42,082 nt of DNA. Origin: Chrysochromulina tobinii. Lineage: Eukaryota. Below the pieces are notes generated by a model. The model had not been told where the DNA came from. It saw nothing but the letters and a program-made list of their open reading frames with translations, and did not search any database. Where the stretch lies: positions 1 to 42,082 of the forward strand of contig JWZX01002880.1 in the NCBI GenBank assembly GCA_001275005.1, in the 5' to 3' direction. Each line of letters starts with the position of its first letter. Within the stretch, counting starts at the first letter, position 1. Below are positions 30,501 through 41,169 of this stretch, piece by piece. Both the position numbers and the translations under genes were made by a program.

Positions 30501-32185
30501 TTGATGCCTTTGGCAACATCGCGCTCCCCGGCCCCTCGCTCAAATTTGGTCTCGTGCTCGAAAAGGAGCGCCAAAAGCTGACTGCGGCGACCGAGTCGAT
30601 GCAATTTGAGGGCGTGTGGGAAAAGGGCGATACAGGCGTGTACAAGATCCAGTTTGTGGCCAAGGCGGCGGGCTCGTGCTCGCTGCACGTGTGGTGCGAC
30701 CTCGAGCCCCATCCAGGCGAGCGCACGCGCACCGCGTTCCCCGGCTCGCCATTTAGCTTTGTTGTGGTGGCGGGGCCCGCGAGCGCAGCGGTGTCGAGAG
30801 TGGATGGGTGGTCGAAGGTCTCCAAAGAAGAGCGGTCCGTTGGCGGGAAGAAGTCTGTCGACATGGCGGCCCTGGACAACGCGACGATCGTTGCGGGCGA
30901 TTCGCTCTCGATCCGGCCTCAGATCTACGACTCGTGGGGCAACCCAACCGTGCTTCCGGCGCAGCTCAAGGTGGAGGGGAAGGGGAAAGGAGAGGCCAAG
31001 GGGGAGGCCGACGGCAAGGGCGACGTCAAGGGCAACGGCAAGGGCAAGGGCGAGGGCGAGGGCAAGGGCGAGGGCAAAGGAGGCGAAGGCAAGGGAGGCG
31101 AAGGCAAGCTCAAAGTGTTCCATGAGGCTCCTGGCAAGCTTCAGCCTGACGGGACCTTGAAACGTGCAGAGCGCGTCGAGATGACTTTCACTTCGCAGTC
31201 GCGCGGTGGGCAGACCACATACGACATCAGGTACGATGCGCACCTGGCCGGTACTCATCAGATGTACATCAAGCTCGACGGGCAGCACATTATCGGCTCG
31301 CCCCTCTCGTTTTACGTGCAGCCCGACCGGCCTGAGCCCACTCTGTGCAAGCTGCATCCGCCACCCGACCCGCTCTATCCCGACCTGCCGCACGTGTTCA
31401 CTCTCGTGACCTTCGATCGGTTCCACAACAAGTGCGTCACTGGCGGGCTTATTCTCACGAACCGGCTGCAGATCATCAAGCAGAATGTGCACGACCAGAC
31501 GGCCCTCATGCCCAATAACCATTCGTTCGTGACGGTGGACCAGGGGGACGGAACGTATCATCTCATCCTGCAGACGATTATGCCGTGCTCGCTGCGTCTG
31601 ATGGTCAACCTCGACAAGAATCTTGGCAACAATAGCGGCGAGCTGCCCGGGCTGATGGTGCAAGTCGTTCCCGACCTAGAGCGGCCCGACAGTGGGCGTG
31701 GCAGCGACGGCTCCGGGTCGCCGCTCACGTCGAACCAAAAGAACGCTGCCTCTTTCTCCAAGGGAATTCGATCCAGACAGAGCACCGGGGAGCTGAGCAA
31801 GCTGACGCCCGTGAAGCAGGCCGACGACAGCGGCAGCTCCAGCAACGAAAGCTCCAGCAAGGGCGACGACAGTGCCGGAGATAGTGGCGGCACCATCTCC
31901 GCTTTCGGCAGCGGCATCATCTCCGCCTTCGGCAGCGGCGCCAGCTCGATAAAGGGAAGTGGCACCGAGCGGCTGCAGAAAGGGGTGAAGGCGGTGATGC
32001 TTGGCTTTGGCGGATCAGAGCAGCGCCGTAAGAAGGATGCCCTCCTCATGGCAGTTGAAGTCTTTGTGGACGGCCATGGTGCCATCGACTCAGACCACTC
32101 GAAGACGGCTCCCAACCCTGATCTCTTCGAGCGCGCCACCAGCAGCGCGTCTTCGGAAAGACGCGTACGAATAGAGAGCCGCTAG
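27575..32185 (+). CDS. Large filamin/ABP280 Ig-repeat protein
   Basis: Exons 27575-29044 and 29135-32185. Repeated VTDNSNGTYLVAW..GSP, VTDLKDGTYTIRW..GSPV, PGSPF and IIGSPL filamin motifs. GKGE low-complexity tract at about 30975-31110. Confidence 0.87.
29045..29134 (+). other. Intron whose first 17 nt duplicate the downstream exon start
   Basis: AG|GTGCGTGCATGCGTCTC occurs at both splice junctions (29043-29061 and 29133-29151). Filler TGATCGCCACG/TGATTGCCACG; end ATGCAAGTGCTCACCACAGTGCGCGTCCCCACAG. Confidence 0.85.
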
Positions 32186-32596
32186 CGTAGAAAGAGATAG
32201 ACCGGACAGGGCGTTGTTTACGATAGTTTGCGTGCGTGCTATGCAGTACAGTTATCCTATCCTATTACAGGTAATACGTAAAGCCGAACTCCACACCGCA
32301 TGGTGGCTGCGGGTGCGGCGGAGCGACCTGAACCCTCGACTGCTGCCACCTTCGAGCTTCGTGACAGCTAGCTCTCGCAAGCTTGATCAGCACCGAACGT
32401 CTATTATCCTGCTCGAAGACGTACACACGCAGGGTACGGAACAGGGGATGTTGTTGCGTGAGGGCCGAGGGCGAGGCAGGGCCAGGGGGATGCAATCGGA
32501 TATTTGCGCCCTCGCCCGGCGGCGGTCAGAACCGTAGTAATTCGATAAGGAGGGTTCGTCAGTCAATCTGTCAGGACCTTCCCCTGTGTGTGGTCA

Positions 32597-33631
32597 TCAT
32601 TCCAAGAGGCGCAGAGCCAAGGAGGGTGTCAAGAGGGACAGGGGACACGACAGCAGCACACCGTTCGTCTCGGAGCATCGCATCAGAGCGCGCCCAAACT
32701 GGCTCAAGCGCACGAGGAGCTCGGACTCGACTAGATCGTCACCTGGCTGAGGGCCCGCCGGCTCGCCAGCTCGGAAGTACGGGCGTGGCATCACGTGCTC
32801 ACAGAGCGCGCCATCCTGCGCACCATCCTCCGTCCACCGGGTGCCTTGCGCATCGAGCAGTCCAAGAGCGGCTTCGACGGCATCCTGACTGCGCTCCAGC
32901 CTGCAGTGGCTCACGAGCGCGGCGGCCTCGGAGTCGGCACGTGCAAACAAGGCCGGGGCGATTCCCTCCGCCGCACGTTCTCGCAGCGTCGGAGAGAGCA
33001 GCTGGCCAGCGGCGGCCGGCACCAGACCCGAGGTGCATCGCACGGCTGCTGTCGATCCAAATTGCGCTACGGAGAGGTCGAGGAGGTACTGCGTGCCGTC
33101 CTCGGTCACAATGGTGACGAGCTGATGCGCGTGCGCCTGGTGCTTGACGCGCTCCGTGCCGACCTGAGCCAGTGTTAGGCTCAAGCCGTCTGGCGCATTG
33201 CCCCAGCGCCACCCAATTGCGTTCACAGGCAGACCCGCGATCGTCCAACGCTCACGACGCATGGCGGCATGGCGCACGAGCGCCATGGCCGCCGCACCGT
33301 TGAGCACGTGGCACGAGTTCATGTATTGCACCCGAACGAGTAGTGGCAGCGGCCCGAGCAAGCTTCGCATCGATGTCGGCAGGCAGTTGAAGGAGCCTTC
33401 GTCCGCATACGGCTGGTCCAGTCGCTCATTGCTGACTTCGAGGACGACTGGAATGTAACTTTGTCCAGCGGCGCCTCGGTCCGGCCAGCGCGCGCTTGCC
33501 GGCGAAAGCAGGTGCGCATCCACAACCTGGTAATGCCAGAGCATGGGTGGCTCTGGTGAAACTCCGTCACTGCGCCGAAGATCATATGCTGCGATGGTTG
33601 CAAGGTGCTCGATGGCCGTCTCTAGAGCCAT
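32597..33631 (-). CDS. Hypothetical protein with a possible transglutaminase/papain-like Cys-His-Asp triad
   Basis: MNSCHVLN ... HAHQLVTIV ... YLLDLSVAQFG pattern. ATG inferred at 33631. Confidence 0.55.
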   Translation of the reverse strand: MALETAIEHLATIAAYDLRRSDGVSPEPPMLWHYQVVDAHLLSPASARWPDRGAAGQSYIPVVLEVSNERLDQPYADEGSFNCLPTSMRSLLGPLPLLVRVQYMNSCHVLNGAAAMALVRHAAMRRERWTIAGLPVNAIGWRWGNAPDGLSLTLAQVGTERVKHQAHAHQLVTIVTEDGTQYLLDLSVAQFGSTAAVRCTSGLVPAAAGQLLSPTLRERAAEGIAPALFARADSEAAALVSHCRLERSQDAVEAALGLLDAQGTRWTEDGAQDGALCEHVMPRPYFRAGEPAGPQPGDDLVESELLVRLSQFGRALMRCSETNGVLLSCPLSLLTPSLALRLLE

Positions 33632-34016
33632 GTGCGAGGATGCAGGAAGTGCTCGAGGCGAGGTGCACGGGCGGGCCGTGTCGTGGCGACGTCGCACTCG
33701 CCAAGAGGGGCGCGCGAGCCGCGGGCGGTGGCATGAGATCGGCGACGTCATCCAATGAGTCGAATTCGCACGAGGACCTTTGGCTGTGAAAATCGGTATC
33801 GAAATAACCATCAGCTGGAAAAAGAACTCCGTTTTCTGCGTTCTGCGAGGGCGGCCTGGGGCGCTGATTTGTGTTCCTCGGATCCCAAACATCTGGCAAA
33901 CTTGAGCTGAAACTTTCCTATTCGTCGGGGCAGCCACTCTTTTGCCAGACTCGAGTCCCGACAACACGTCCAGAGGCGCCGACTCTTCTTCACCCGCTTC
34001 CAGTCGGGCGAGCATC

Positions 34017-35201
34017 ATGCCGGCCAAGGCGCAAGTGGAGGATAAGATCCGCTCCATGCTCATCGCGAACTATGAAGCCTGCGGGTTGAAGAAGAACAAG
34101 CCTATTGCGCTGTACACTGACGCCGTATCGTTGCAGCTACCAAAGCTCCCCAAGGCTCACAACTTGGTTGAGCTGCTCGTCATTGATGACAAGACGGGCG
34201 TGCCGAGCGGAAAAGGGAAAAGGCAGATTCCCAAGAAGATCAACGGCATCAAGTGGGGCGATGGCGGCGCCGAGTTCAAGGACCGGATCGCCTTTGCCCG
34301 CCAGGACCATGTGCTGACAGTGTATGACTGCGCAAAGAAGACCATGGTGGCCGCCGCGAAGGCTCCGTGGACCCAGTGCATGGCCATGCACAAGAATAAG
34401 GTCGTATCCGGCGGGATGGACAACGCGGTGACGGTCTGGGACGTTCAGTCCGGCAAGCTGGCAGAGAAGAAGAAGATCGTCGAACACGATGGATACATCT
34501 CCTCGCTCGTGATGTCCAAGGACGGTACAAAGTATTTCAGCTCCGCCGGCGACGGCGACTCGCGCCTTGTTGACCTCGCCAAGAGTACGACGATCACCCG
34601 CTTCTGTGGCCACACCAAAGACGCGCTGAGCCTGAACTTTGCCCGCGACGATGAGGGCCAGAAGCTCTTCGCGACTTGTTCGAGTGACTTGACCGTGAAG
34701 CTCTGGGACGTGGTCTCGGGCAAGTGCGTCGCTGATCTCAAGGGCAAGCCGGGTGTAGGCATGTTCCCGTCATACTGCCGCAGGGGGCTGGACGCCCCCG
34801 TTGCCGCGTACAACACGTGCGCCATGTTCCCCATGGAGAAGATGTACGTCGCGGCGGGTGGGGTCGGCGACTTTGTCTACCTGTTCGACATCCGTACCCA
34901 GACAATGGTGACCGCGTACCGTCGCGACAACCAGGACGTTACATCACTCGCCTGGTCGTCGTCGGGCCGCGTGTTATACGCTGGCGAGGATGATGGCTCC
35001 ATCATCGTGTGGGACATTTACACCAACGATGGCGAGAACCGCTCCTACTCGGAGAAGAAGCAGGCGCACGTGGCTTATGACCACGCGAATAACATCGACA
35101 AGACGCAGTCGGTCGTGCAGTCCCTTGCGGTGAGTGAGGACGGCATCCTTGCCAGCGGCGGCTTCGACTCCAAGGTCATACTGTGGCAGAGGGGCGCGTA
35201 A
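34017..35201 (+). CDS. Heterotrimeric G-protein beta-subunit-like WD40 protein (divergent)
   Basis: KINGIKW..ARQD..WTQCMA..SGGMDN..HDGYISS..SSAGDGD..FCGHTKDALSL..DLTVKLWD..LASGGFDSKVILW follows the G-beta blade order. Confidence 0.8.
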   Translation: MPAKAQVEDKIRSMLIANYEACGLKKNKPIALYTDAVSLQLPKLPKAHNLVELLVIDDKTGVPSGKGKRQIPKKINGIKWGDGGAEFKDRIAFARQDHVLTVYDCAKKTMVAAAKAPWTQCMAMHKNKVVSGGMDNAVTVWDVQSGKLAEKKKIVEHDGYISSLVMSKDGTKYFSSAGDGDSRLVDLAKSTTITRFCGHTKDALSLNFARDDEGQKLFATCSSDLTVKLWDVVSGKCVADLKGKPGVGMFPSYCRRGLDAPVAAYNTCAMFPMEKMYVAAGGVGDFVYLFDIRTQTMVTAYRRDNQDVTSLAWSSSGRVLYAGEDDGSIIVWDIYTNDGENRSYSEKKQAHVAYDHANNIDKTQSVVQSLAVSEDGILASGGFDSKVILWQRGA

Positions 35202-35767
35202 TCTTGCAAGGCTCTGAGGGATGATTGTGGTGCTCCCTGGTGCTGGTAGTGTACTGGTGCGTGGCCTCGCCGGGGCCGAGCCGCTGCGCCACAGCGCACA
35301 GGCCGAGCAACAGGGTGGCCGCCGTCGACGCAATTCATAAATGAGCGGCTCGATGAGCGGTTTACTGGCCCATCCGCGCGCCCAGTCAGTCATGTACTTC
35401 ACCCATGTGATGCGTGCGTAGGCATGCTGATTCCCATGGAACCCGTCGCTTCGACTCACGAACGTCCAAGTTTTGCTCACCAAAAGATCGGGGATTATAC
35501 GGAGCGGCGAGCGCCGTGACGGAGCTGGCGAGTAGGCCGTGACGCGTATTATGTGCGAGCTGCTCTGCGTTCCTCTTTACTCTTCAAAAACAACGTCCGT
35601 CCCCAGGTTTCACACAACACGTAAGCAGCACAACCGTGGTTTCACAATCACATGATTTTCTGATTCAATCATTACCAGTGTGAGATAACAGGAAAAATAC
35701 CCGGCACGCCCAATTCGGCGCACTTTTTTGCTCGTGCGGTGTGATCAGGCGGCGCGGCGCGGCGCGT

Positions 35768-37957
35768 ATGCTCGGTCGGCGGACCAATGGTGGCTCCAGC
35801 TGTCGCGCGTTCATTCACGCAGCGCTCCTACACATAGTCTCGGCGCATGCACCTTGGCGCGACGATCACCGATGTGGAAACGGCGTTGTAGCTCCCGACG
35901 GGACCAACCCGGCGCAGTGCAATCCTTGGGACACGCAACACTCGTGCTGCTCCGAAGGGAAGTGCACGATGAGCTGTGGTGGAGATGAAAAGTGCGTAGA
36001 CTACCGCCTGAGGACTGCCTGGCGCGATGACGGACGATGTGGCGAATTGCGAAAGGGTGAGGATGGCCTGTCGCCGGCCATATGTGACCCAATGCATCCA
36101 CAGAACCTGACTTGTTGTTCCGATGAGGGCTGGTGTGGCGCGTGGCCATCGGATGCGCATTGTCGCTGCGAGGGCTGCGTAAACTACTACCGAGCGTGTA
36201 CGTGCTTGACACCATCAGCCCCATGCCAGGATCCTTCGAGCGGACGCTGCTACGCACGAACCGAATCCGTTGCGCAGGGGTCGAGGAGCCACGTGCGGCA
36301 ACCCGCCGTCCCTCATGACCGGCACCCAGAACTCGACAAGCGGATACGGATGTCAACAGCAGCGATCAGCGAGCACTTCGAAAAGAAAAAGTACACGACG
36401 GTACCGATACAGCGCCCAGTGATCGACGGCTGGCAATGCGCTGCACCACTGGTCGACTGCAGGGGGGTGGAGAAATTCAAGCATACGGGTGGAGCAAGCC
36501 GAGGCGAGCATGCGGGTGCCATCGCCGCACCTTCAAGCACCACAGATGCGAACGGCACGGCCAAACCAGCCAATGTAGCCGACAACCGAAGCGCCCATGC
36601 CACGCAACCAGGTAAGCCGATTGTGTTGCCGCTTCGGCTCGCGGCGGGACACAGAGCCAAAGAAGGCAGGCTCGAGGTGTTGTTCCAGGGCATCTGGGGC
36701 ACCGTGTGCAGCGAGGGATGGGATTGGCCAGCAGCACATGTGGCTTGTCGGACGCTTGGCTTCGGAGGAGTCGACGCGCTGTCCATGACGGCCGATTACG
36801 GCCTTGGACGAAATCAGATCTGGCTGAGCCACGTCAGGTGCAATGGAGACGAGCCCGGCTTAGGCCACTGCAAATTCTATGGCCTCAACAGGTCAACTAT
36901 TCCTCCGAAGTGCAGCCATGAGTACGACGTCGGCCTTGTGTGCTCGACGGAGAAGCGGTCCATACCTGCGTCCATGTTCGCGTCAGAGGAACCGCCGTTG
37001 CGTACGCCGAGGACGGCGGGGCTTGATTTCGGTGCTCGTGATGAGAGGGAGGGGAGTGGGCCTGATGCGATTCATAGTGAGACGACCTCCGCGGCCGAAG
37101 CGGTAACGAGCAGTACGGTGCGTTCGAATGGAGACTTATGCAACTGTCCGGATGCCGATCGATGCTTCCCACCGCCCACCGACCTCGGGTCGGCGCTTGA
37201 CATGCTTGAGGAGGTTACCGTCCGGCTGGAGCAGCGCCGGCCGGTGATTGATGACATTGACCTGGCTCGGCTCACCAGGCTGCGGCTGCGGCTGCGCCGC
37301 CTTGCTGGCAAGCCGGAGGACTCTGCGGATGCGTGCGCGCGTGCGGCTGGCCCAGCCGGCGAAGACGCGATTGCGAATTCTTCTGTGCCTCGGCAAGGAA
37401 CCATGAAGATGAACGACCCCACTTCAGTCGAGGCCGCCTCGAGCGCTGAAATTGATGAAGAGGACTACGGCATCTCCCGAGAGCTCGCATCGCGCCTGCC
37501 GACCGAGATGCTCGAAGAGCTCAAGCGGACACCACGCAAGCGGAAGAGCCTCGCCGAGTCGAAGGCGGAGTTTGAGGAGCGGCGACGACAAGAAGCATTT
37601 GACCCGCTAGCGAATGACCCGGTCGAGCAGGCCCTCCGAGACAAGGCGGACCACTACGTGCCGCCCGACATGCGATCGAAGCCCCTGCGCGAGCGGGGCT
37701 CGCATGAGACCCTTCGGAAGCCTCCGATTCAGAACCTTGTCAACCGTCGGCCGCCCAGCTGGGAGGAGTCGTACAAGTGGCGCTACGAGCACACCATGGA
37801 GCAGATTCGGCTCGGCCTGGCGCCTGAGGGAATCATGCGCACCCTTGGGCCTGGCCCGTGGGACAACGACGCCGGCTTCTGGAGAGATTCAGGCGATCCC
37901 GATGTCATCCTCGATCACGAAATGGATGAGGACATCCACTTTGATCGGCTGTCATAG
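35768..37957 (+). CDS. Probably secreted protein with two hevein/chitin-binding-like Cys-rich repeats and an SRCR domain
   Basis: WRDDHRCG..CCSEGKC and WRDDGRCG..CCSDEGWCG..HCRC repeats. SRCR: LRLAAG..EGRLEV..WGTVC..AAHVACRTLGF..IWLSHVRCNGDE..CSHEYDVGLVC. Hydrophobic FIHAALLHIVSA signal. Confidence 0.85.
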   Translation: MLGRRTNGGSSCRAFIHAALLHIVSAHAPWRDDHRCGNGVVAPDGTNPAQCNPWDTQHSCCSEGKCTMSCGGDEKCVDYRLRTAWRDDGRCGELRKGEDGLSPAICDPMHPQNLTCCSDEGWCGAWPSDAHCRCEGCVNYYRACTCLTPSAPCQDPSSGRCYARTESVAQGSRSHVRQPAVPHDRHPELDKRIRMSTAAISEHFEKKKYTTVPIQRPVIDGWQCAAPLVDCRGVEKFKHTGGASRGEHAGAIAAPSSTTDANGTAKPANVADNRSAHATQPGKPIVLPLRLAAGHRAKEGRLEVLFQGIWGTVCSEGWDWPAAHVACRTLGFGGVDALSMTADYGLGRNQIWLSHVRCNGDEPGLGHCKFYGLNRSTIPPKCSHEYDVGLVCSTEKRSIPASMFASEEPPLRTPRTAGLDFGARDEREGSGPDAIHSETTSAAEAVTSSTVRSNGDLCNCPDADRCFPPPTDLGSALDMLEEVTVRLEQRRPVIDDIDLARLTRLRLRLRRLAGKPEDSADACARAAGPAGEDAIANSSVPRQGTMKMNDPTSVEAASSAEIDEEDYGISRELASRLPTEMLEELKRTPRKRKSLAESKAEFEERRRQEAFDPLANDPVEQALRDKADHYVPPDMRSKPLRERGSHETLRKPPIQNLVNRRPPSWEESYKWRYEHTMEQIRLGLAPEGIMRTLGPGPWDNDAGFWRDSGDPDVILDHEMDEDIHFDRLS

Positions 37958-38314
37958 GGACATTCTGCACAAGCAACAAGTAGCAACAAGGTAGTACTCG
38001 ACTGTAGTCGTCTATCCTAGATCGGATTCTTACTGCGGTAGAGCCGAGCCGAAGCATCTACCTCTAGTGACTAGTGCACTTGTCCCGCGCGGCCGGTTAT
38101 CAATTGTCGAACCCCCAAGCGAACCCCACGCGCGCGCCCGGACCGTTCTCGCTTGTATGAGGATGATAGTCCAGGAAATAGGGTGTTTATGAATAGTTCC
38201 TTGGCATTAGAGCTCTTTGTCCCGAGCAATGTGTCGACATAATTTTGCGCCGTTTTGGGCGATGACGTGGAGCTTTTGGGGCTTCAGGCTGTGTTTCCCA
38301 CGTGATATCTATGA

Positions 38315-40383
38315 ATGGCGACGCAACTTGGCGAGTCCGACGACATGGACTACGCGGCGCTCGTCGGCGCTGTCCACGCGGCAGACTCACCCCGGCAGCC
38401 GGCGCAGCTCCGCGAGGCCTACAATAATCTGCTGCGTGCATGGCCTCTTTGCTACGGCTACTGGAAGCGATTTGCAGATTTTGAGGTCGAACAAGGGTGC
38501 GTTGAGCGAGCCAGCGAGGTCTACGAGCGTGCGCTCGTGCTCGGCAGCTACTGCGTGGAGATATGGGCGCACTACGGTGCGCACGCTACGGCATACTGGC
38601 AGCGGCCGGAGGACGTTCGTGCCCTTTTTGAGCGTGGTGCCAGCTTGGTCGGCTCCGACTATGGCGCAGACGTCTTCTGGGATCGTTACATTGCCTTCGA
38701 GACAGCGCGCGCCGGCGCGGACCACTCGCGCGTCTCGCAGGTGTTTCGGCGCGCGCTGCAGCATCCCTTGCGCTCACTCGACGCGCTCTGGCTCCGCTTC
38801 CAGCAGCTCGCCGTCGAGCGCTCATGTGCCGAGGTGCTCGATGCGAGGGAGGAGGCGGTACTGCAGCAGATGTTGGAGGCGGCGGGGCTGGCGCCGCACC
38901 GGCCGTGCTCGTCGGAGACGGAGGATGACGGCGCGCGCAAGCTGCGGCTGCTCCCGCTCCTCGAGGCCCATTTTCGACGCGCCAAGGCCGATCACGCCGA
39001 AAGGCTTCGTTGGGAATCGGGGGTGCGGCGACGCCACTTCCATTTAAGGCCGATGGATGCAGCGGAGCTCGAGCATTGGAACTCGTATCTGGATTGGGAG
39101 GAGCGGCGTGGCAATGTGCCACGCCTCATCCTCACCTATGAGCGATGCCTCGTGCCGTGCTGCCTCGAGCCCGCAATGTGGCGACGGTCAGCTGATTGCA
39201 CCCGGATCACCACTTCGGTCTCTGATCAGCACCTCGGATGACCCTCTGAGGACCATCGATTGATTCCATCGGATGGCCCTCTTCTTAGTTCCCCATGTTC
39301 GTTGCATGCTGATGGCCGCTGATGGCGTCCCTTTTTAGGTATGTGAGCGCTCTCGAGGTTCGTCAGATGCTACCTGAGGCACGCCACGCCTTCGCTCGCG
39401 CGAGCGGGCATTTCCTCAAGGCGCGTTGCTCGTTCGTGCTCGAGCACGCGGCCTTCGAAGAGGCCCACGGGTTCTATGACGAAGCCCGCAACCTCTACGC
39501 CGCCGCTTCGGCGCTCCGACCGCCAGTGCTTGGTGCAGCGCTAGCACAGGCAAGCTTAGAGCGACGTCTTGGTGATGTGGCGCGGATGCATGCAGCTTTC
39601 GAGGCTGGCGCGACGGCCTTCTCGGGCGAGGAGCTCACTTACCTAATCAGGCACGCCGTGCGACTTGAGCGTCAGCTGCGCGGGAGCTATGCGTGGGCCG
39701 TTGAGTTGCTCGAGACAGCGCTTCGACGCGAGCCGTCCTCTGAGTTGCTATGGGACCTTCGAATAGATTTCGAGCTTGATTGCATCGAGGTCGAGCCGGC
39801 GACGCCGATGGGCACCGCTCCCACGACTGCGGGCGCCGCGCCCACGACTGCGGGCGCCGCGCCTGCTGCGGGCGCCGCGCCTGCTGCGGGCGCCACGCCC
39901 GCTGCGGGCGCCGCGCCTGCAGCCGTCCGACATCGCGCGAGTGGTGCGGCCATGGCGCGGGTAACGGCCCTGTTCGAGCGGGCAATCTCGAGTGTATCTC
40001 CGCTCTCAGACGAAGCGCAGCAAGCGATGTGGCGCCGTTACGAGCAGTGCCTCCTCGACTACAGCGAGAGCATTGAGCGAGTGCGGCAGCTGCGCACCCG
40101 CTCCCGCAAAGAAGCTCCCAGCTCCAAGCGGCAGAAGACGTTGCCAGCGCCGCCCGACACGCCCGGCGCAGCGCCCACGCAGCCCTTAGCCTCGCCACTT
40201 GCGTCCGCTGGCGCGCCGCCCTCATACCACTACCCGCCACCATACGCATCTACCAGTGGCGAGTATGCGCACCCAGCCGCCGCGGCGGTGGTCGGCGGCT
40301 ATCCTCCCTACTATGCGTACCCGCCCTACTTCCAGCAGCAGCAGGCCTTCACCTTCAACGGAAGCTTCCCGTACTGTGGCTGA
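38315..40383 (+). CDS. PRPF39: Pre-mRNA-processing factor 39 (HAT repeats)
   Basis: Exons 38315-39186 and 39339-40383. Motifs WPLCYGYWKRFADFE, VRALFERGASLVGSDY..FWDRYIAFE, RRRHFHLRPM..WNSYLDWE, TYERCLVPC. Confidence 0.92.
39187..39338 (+). other. Intron with degenerate GATGGCC-type repeats (possibly an older member of the repeat-filled intron class)
   Basis: Contains CTGATTGCAC, CTGATCAGCACCTC, GGATGACCCTC and GGATGGCCCTC, and ends CTGATGGCCGCTGATGGCGTCCCTTTTTAG. No exon duplication is visible. Confidence 0.75.
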
Positions 40384-41169
40384 GGGCCTCGCGTCAAGGA
40401 ACCACGAATCAAACGGAAGAGCGGCGGCGCGGGCGCGTAAGGGAAGAGGATCAAGAGGTCCCGCTGCTCATATTTGAGGTCCCCCCATACTCTACGTGTT
40501 CAGGCTAAAGTGAACGCTGTACTGAGAATTAACCAAAGGCAATAGGTGGCTTTCGTGTTTCGTATAGGTCCACGACTAAAAATACGCTGTTTACGAGCGA
40601 GGACCGTCTTTCCACCCTGTGGACCGGCGCCCAGTCCCCAAACTGGGATACTCGGCCGCGCGGCCCAACCGAACCGGTGCGCCCGCCGCCCGCGCCGCGT
40701 TGCCGGCGTTGGCGTCGTCGCCCGGTTGCCGTGCGCGGACGCAGCCACGCCTAGCCACGCCTAGACTTCCATAGACTCCCACACTCCGGGGGGTAGGAGG
40801 AGCATTAGTTGTAGTCCCCCCCGGCTTTGAACACTGCTCCCTCACGCGTGTCAGGGCCCTCTCGGCCAGAACACACCCGAATCACGGTGGAGGCTGGAGG
40901 GTGGTTGACTGGAGGAATGAACGCAGCCCATCATATTCAGATATTCCGTAAGCGCAAAGCGGAGAGCCGTGGCGCCTGCACATGTGCCCCCAGTGGTGCC
41001 CATCGAGAATACTCTCGACCCCAAGCACACTCGCGCTCACCTCCACACCGCTCGCGCCTGCCAGGTTGCTCGCGATCGTCGTGTCCGTGCAGCTCGTCGA
41101 AGGCCGCACTGGGCTTGTCGCGCTCTCGTGAGTGCGAGCGTTCGCGCGCTCTCGGTGGACAGGAGGCGC

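Noticed and set aside
30431..31663. Long antisense or alternative-frame ORFs (e.g. 30431-31663, 17663-18742, 11437-12480, 4451-5365, 1910-2812)
   Set aside because: Shadows of real genes in high-GC DNA with no recognisable domains.
40496..40833. Possible MITE bounded by GTGTTCA...TGAACAC
   Set aside because: Only a 7-nt inverted match and no TSD; compatible with chance.
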